A stretch of DNA of 64,000 nt. It comes from Candidatus Bathyarchaeota archaeon. GTDB taxonomy: Archaea > Thermoproteota > Bathyarchaeia > Bathyarchaeales > Bathycorpusculaceae. Made by a program: the position numbers and the translations under genes. Of this stretch, positions 59,892 through 64,000 are shown in pieces. The stretch covers positions 64,001 through 128,000 of the forward strand of contig CAVYXJ010000010.1 in assembly GCA_963772455.1 (NCBI GenBank), given 5' to 3'. The notes below the pieces were generated by a model. That model was given only the letters and a program-made list of their open reading frames with translations, made no database searches and was not told the DNA's origin. Position 1 is the first letter of the stretch; every line of letters starts with the position of its first letter.

Positions 59892-60635
59892 CTATGAACG
59901 CCAAACTGCTTTCATTGTATATGATAAATAACTCTTAATTTCGGTCCATGAAAGCTTAGATTTTCCACGTTTCCTATTTACAAATAGAATTGGCGTTTCT
60001 TTTATGTTGAATTTTCTTAATCTTGCTTGTCTCACTGTTTCTATTTGGATTTCGTATGTGTGACTGTGTAGGTTTCCAATGGTTTCTTCGAGGAATTTTG
60101 TAGAGTAACATCGAAAGCCGCTGGTGCAATCCTTGAGCTTTAACTTTAAAGATGCTCTGGCGATTAGGTTGGCGGTTTTGCTGATTATTTTTCTTGTAAA
60201 TGGCCAACCGGCGATTTTGCCTCCCTTGACATATCTGCTGCCTATAACGATCCCGCAGTCACATTCCCTCATTGTTGATAGGAGTTGAGGAATGTCTTGG
60301 GGGTTGTGGGAGTAATCAGCGTCCATCGTAAAGACGTATTTTGGAGGTTGCTGGGAAGATAGAAATATTTTGAAGCCGTCCGTAATGGCTGTGCCTAAAC
60401 CCGTTTTTTTTGGTCGGCTATAAAGCATGATATGGGGGTACTCGGATTGTTTTTGTAGGACTAACTCTGCAGTCCCGTCGGGGCTTGAATCATCAATAAC
60501 TAGAATGGACACATCCAGATTGAGGTTTTCAATGTCATCGATTAACTTGGCGATGTTTTCAGCTTCTCCATAAGTTGGAAGAATCACGCCCACTTCAGAA
60601 TTTAAATCAGAGTTTCCTATTAGTTGATAGACCAT
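59892..60635 (-). CDS. Polyprenol monophosphomannose synthase (GT2, Dpm1-like)
   Basis: ILPTYGEAENI, IDDSSPDGT, MDADYSH, GSRYVKGG, DCTSGFR. Confidence 0.92.
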   Translation of the reverse strand: MVYQLIGNSDLNSEVGVILPTYGEAENIAKLIDDIENLNLDVSILVIDDSSPDGTAELVLQKQSEYPHIMLYSRPKKTGLGTAITDGFKIFLSSQQPPKYVFTMDADYSHNPQDIPQLLSTMRECDCGIVIGSRYVKGGKIAGWPFTRKIISKTANLIARASLKLKLKDCTSGFRCYSTKFLEETIGNLHSHTYEIQIETVRQARLRKFNIKETPILFVNRKRGKSKLSWTEIKSYLSYTMKAVWRS

Positions 60636-60689
60636 CAGCGAATCTTGCCATCCTTATAGCAGAGTAGTTGCCTAATTAGTCTTATCAAG

Positions 60690-61712
60690 TCATTTAACCT
60701 GAATTAATGATTTTTGTTTCCTCTGGTAATATCTTAAAGGGTGATAGATACTGTTGCATAATGCGTCACGGTTTTTACATACCCCATGCGTTTGCAAAAC
60801 TGAGCATTGAGGGCACGTGTATTTTGTTCCGGACCCTCGTTCACCTGCGATGTGTTCGATTTGGTAGCGGGTTAAGCGTTCGTTGTAATCCGAGAATGTT
60901 TTATACAGGTCATTTAATCCCTCGGGAGTCATTCCAATGTTGACTAGAAACGAAGTTAATGTGAAGCGTCCGATGTGACTGAGATGGTGGCTTTGGGCTG
61001 CATCTGCATGGAGTGCGTTTATACATGGTGGGAAAGCTGCTTGGATCACAACTTTGGGCATTTCCTCGATTTCCTGCCCCATAATCTCCTGCGCTAGCAC
61101 CATCAGTCCTTCGGCGATTGTAGTGATTTCTTCGGGTAAGTTCTTGATTTCAGAAACTTCTAACCGCTTCTCGACGCGCCGTTTAATTTCTTCTTGGAGT
61201 AGGCGTACACATTTGTCTCTGTTCAAGTAAACTATGCCCTTATCCATGATTTGGTTTATGAGCTTCCATTCAGAACCATGCATATGAGCAGAGTTTTTCA
61301 AATAAGTGGAAAATCCTATGCGGAAATCCTTGTAGGGTTTACCTTGGCCAATATCCCAATCAAAGTCTTTAGCTATACATTCAATTTTTTCTTTTGGCTT
61401 AAGCAATTGCGTGTGAGCTGTCTTTGCCACTGCCAAGGCATATCTTTTTTTTATCCAGGAATTTTTAGTGGCAATAACTAAAATGAGTGATGCGGCGAAA
61501 GATGAAATTTCTGTGGCTTTGTCTTTGACCAATTCACCCGTGTTTACATCCAATATGGCTTTTTTAACACGTTCTTGGGCGCGGTCAAAAACAGGTTTTT
61601 CCGAAGCTAAGCTTCCAATTGTAAACTGCAATTCTTCAATTTGTTTGGATGCCTGCTTCAAAAAAGGGTATTTGGCAAAATCTTCAGAAGATATTGCCGA
61701 TTCCATCTGCAA
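60690..61712 (-). CDS. priL: DNA primase large subunit
   Basis: AKYPFL, FPPCI, TRYQIEHIAG, YTCPQC...C...C..IYHPL. Confidence 0.94.
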   Translation of the reverse strand: MQMESAISSEDFAKYPFLKQASKQIEELQFTIGSLASEKPVFDRAQERVKKAILDVNTGELVKDKATEISSFAASLILVIATKNSWIKKRYALAVAKTAHTQLLKPKEKIECIAKDFDWDIGQGKPYKDFRIGFSTYLKNSAHMHGSEWKLINQIMDKGIVYLNRDKCVRLLQEEIKRRVEKRLEVSEIKNLPEEITTIAEGLMVLAQEIMGQEIEEMPKVVIQAAFPPCINALHADAAQSHHLSHIGRFTLTSFLVNIGMTPEGLNDLYKTFSDYNERLTRYQIEHIAGERGSGTKYTCPQCSVLQTHGVCKNRDALCNSIYHPLRYYQRKQKSLIQVK

Positions 61713-61721
61713 TTGGAGTCA

Positions 61722-62486
61722 TTACTCTGTTTCGATTCTTGGTGCCAAGAAGAAGGTTAGTTTTCCCTCTTTTGTTTGTTGAAAATCTATTCTTACAGGC
61801 ATATCAGATGAGAATTCAAGTGTTGCAATATCTGAAGTAGCTGAAGCAGCCTTAATGATTTCTGAGAGGTAACTTAGGCTGAATGTGGCTTTAGCGTTCT
61901 CTTTAACTTCCAAGTCAAGTAATGCATCGTTTCCTTTTTGAAGAACAATGGTTGCTCCCATTAAATCGCCTGAAGCGCTCAATGTCAGTTTGTCTGGTTC
62001 AGCTTCGATCCTTACGTGGTCGCTTACTAGTTGAGCGTCTTCAATTGCTTGGCTTAAGCCTTGTGTTGTGGTTTTGGCTTTAACGTTGAAGCTTATTTTT
62101 GGTGTTGGGACTTCTTCTTCTGAGGCTTCAAGTGTTGGCATTGTAAAGTTTCGTTTGTACTTTCCTGTAATCGCTACAAGTAGTTTTCCAGTTTTTTCAT
62201 CAAGTGATAATTCAACTGCTTCTTCTTTTCCAGCTCGTTTGAGGAGCTTTAGAAGTTCGCTTATGTTTAAGCAAATTTTAGTGGGCTCAGTAGACACGTA
62301 TTCTTGGAAAAGTGATTTTGGCCATTCAAAATCGATCATGGCAACTCGTGATGGATCCATGGCTCGTAACTTTAAGCCTTCAGCGTCAATTTTGAAGGTT
62401 GCTTCATCAACAAGAATTGAGATGGCTGTAGCCATATCTCTTAGGAGTTTAGCATCAGACACTTTAAGCTTAAACATATTACCCAT
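61722..62486 (-). CDS. pcn: PCNA sliding clamp
   Basis: LRAMDPSRVAMID, FSLSYL, FFLAPRIE. Confidence 0.96.
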   Translation of the reverse strand: MGNMFKLKVSDAKLLRDMATAISILVDEATFKIDAEGLKLRAMDPSRVAMIDFEWPKSLFQEYVSTEPTKICLNISELLKLLKRAGKEEAVELSLDEKTGKLLVAITGKYKRNFTMPTLEASEEEVPTPKISFNVKAKTTTQGLSQAIEDAQLVSDHVRIEAEPDKLTLSASGDLMGATIVLQKGNDALLDLEVKENAKATFSLSYLSEIIKAASATSDIATLEFSSDMPVRIDFQQTKEGKLTFFLAPRIETE

Positions 62487-62873
62487 TTCCTCGCTTAATC
62501 ATGTATTGTAAAGTTATATAGCTTATGATTACACTTTGAGCTAATAAATAAATTGTTCAAAACTGAAATAATACATGCGATTAATTTCCTTAAAAATACT
62601 AAAGGACAGTTTTTACTGAATTAATGAATTTGCTCTGAATGTTTCGTATCAAGAAATGGTTTATCGGATGCAAACCAAATTGTAAACCCAAAAGATCCAA
62701 ACAATTAGCCTGAAACTGTCTGAGCATGAATATTGGTATCACTTCAAAGGACTTGTAAATGGGAGTTGATATCGAAAAAACCCTGATGGGTTTTGAAAAC
62801 TGTGTTTTCTTGTTCAGAAGGTGAAAAAGTATAAGAATGTGTATGTTTCTTTATTGCGAAGCTGGTCGATACC

Positions 62874-63149
62874 GTGAACGTTCCTAAAGAAGTAAAGACT
62901 TACTGTCCAAAATGTAAAGTTCATCAGATTCATGCAGTAACCTTATACAAGCCTGGAAAACGCAGAGCCTTGGCTCATGGTGAACGGCACCATGAACGTG
63001 AAAAAGAGGGTTACGGTGGACAAAAATATCCACTTCAAAGAGAATTCGCTAAAACTACAAAGAAGCAGACCTTGCGTCTAAAATGCAAAGTTTGTAATTA
63101 TATGCGACATAAAGACGGCATTCGCCTGCGAAAACTAGTCATACAATAA
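62874..63149 (+). CDS. rpl44e: 50S ribosomal protein L44e
   Basis: YCPKCKVH, GYGGQKYP, KTTKK. Confidence 0.96.
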   Translation: MNVPKEVKTYCPKCKVHQIHAVTLYKPGKRRALAHGERHHEREKEGYGGQKYPLQREFAKTTKKQTLRLKCKVCNYMRHKDGIRLRKLVIQ

Positions 63150-63167
63150 TTGTTGGAGTAGAAAATC

Positions 63168-63365
63168 ATGTCTGAATGGAATAAACTTATCCCGAAGCCT
63201 AGAAGCGTCTTCCTAAGAGTTAAATGCCCCAAATGCGGCAATGAACAACTCATCTTCAGCAACACAGTCAACAAAATCACCTGCAATGTTTGCGGTGAAT
63301 CATTAGCTGAACCCTCTGGTGGAAGAGCAAAAATCAACGGTGACGTCCAAGCAGTTCTCGAGTAA
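63168..63365 (+). CDS. rps27e: 30S ribosomal protein S27e
   Basis: FLRVKCPKCGNEQ...CNVCG...PSGGRAK. Confidence 0.96.
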   Translation: MSEWNKLIPKPRSVFLRVKCPKCGNEQLIFSNTVNKITCNVCGESLAEPSGGRAKINGDVQAVLE

Positions 63366-63368
63366 GAG

Positions 63369-63485
63369 ATGAGCACCCAAATGGCTCATGGCAAGCCCGA
63401 AAGGCAATTAGCTGGCAAGCTTTCAATCGACACTTTAATGAAAGCCATTATGGGTGGACTAGTCATTTTTAGAAGGGACAAATAA
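63369..63485 (+). pseudogene. Probable internally deleted aIF2-alpha remnant (38-aa ORF)
   Basis: MSTQMAHGKPERQLAGKLSIDTLMKAIMGGLVIFRRDK* fills the rps27e-nop10 gap where aIF2-alpha normally lies. Confidence 0.55.
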
Positions 63486-63656
63486 TTGGTTTGGCAATTG
63501 CGCAAATGCGTAAAATGTGAAAATTATACACTAAACAAAACTAGTTGCCCCTACTGTGGTGGGCCAGTGAGAATTCCCCATCCAGCCAAATTCTCCCCAG
63601 ATGATAAATATCTAAAGTACAGAATGGCAATGAAAAGGAGCGCAACAACAGAGTGA
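63486..63656 (+). CDS. nop10: H/ACA RNP protein Nop10 (missed by ORF track, <60 aa)
   Basis: TTG start; MVWQLRKCVKCENYTLNKTSCPYCGGPVRIPHPAKFSPDDKYLKYR. Confidence 0.93.
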   Translation: MVWQLRKCVKCENYTLNKTSCPYCGGPVRIPHPAKFSPDDKYLKYRMAMKRSATTE

Positions 63657-64000
63657 AAGAAACATACATCAAAGAATTTGCTGAAATCAAACCAAACAAC
63701 CCAATCCTTATCGAAGGTCTTCCAGGTTTAGGCTTGGTGGGCAAAATTGCACTCCGCTACCTGATCAAACAGTTGAAAGCAAAAAAAGTCGCTTACCTGT
63801 ATTCACCACATTTTCCGTACTTTGTATTAGTTAATAAAAAAGGCAATGTGCGGCTCCTAAGAGGTGCTTTTTACTATTACCAAAACCCGAAAGGAAACGA
63901 CATTATCCTCTTTACTGGAGATAGCCAATCACAAACCATTGAGGGTCAATACGAAATCGCCGATAGAATGCTTGACTATTCTGAAAAACATGGGGTAAAA
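63653..64000 (+). CDS. PAC2 family proteasome assembly chaperone (partial)
   Basis: GTG start; NPILIEGLPGLGLVGKIA...LYSPHFP...LFTGDSQ. Confidence 0.9.
   Translation, partial: MKETYIKEFAEIKPNNPILIEGLPGLGLVGKIALRYLIKQLKAKKVAYLYSPHFPYFVLVNKKGNVRLLRGAFYYYQNPKGNDIILFTGDSQSQTIEGQYEIADRMLDYSEKHGVK

Noticed and set aside
62487-62873. Possible decayed gene or tRNA between pcn and rpl44e
   Set aside because: No cloverleaf and no recognisable homology; only a short aaaaccc/gggtttt hairpin.
63541-63744. Minus-strand 67-aa ORF
   Set aside because: Antisense to nop10 and PAC2, which are clearly the real genes.

Overview
Archaeal chromosomal window, most consistent with Bathyarchaeia (TACK) from gene content and order: PolD, Elf1, GINS15, PQQ-like surface protein and double-AsnC regulators. 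It runs from an acn-icd-aclB-aclA operon, through an accessory region (tandem double-Lrp/AsnC regulators, a multiply frameshifted beta-propeller surface gene plus a decayed paralog tail, a Cys-rich wHTH protein, a radical SAM/SPASM fusion), to the likely replication origin. The origin has three ORB boxes upstream of cdc6/orc1, with both PolD subunit genes nearby, and is followed by a long informational superoperon. The best candidate for an undescribed system sits directly beside oriC. It consists of three uncharacterised HTH genes, one apparently a membrane-anchored coiled-coil wHTH protein with a non-canonical start, interleaved with three dense clusters of a TGTGA(A/T/C) motif, suggesting an origin-tethering or segregation module. 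Other notable items are an apparently internally deleted aIF2-alpha remnant between rps27e and nop10, a C/D-box sRNA and a multi-branch structured intergenic element. No tRNA, rRNA or CRISPR array was seen. All calls come from reading the sequence; no searches were run.
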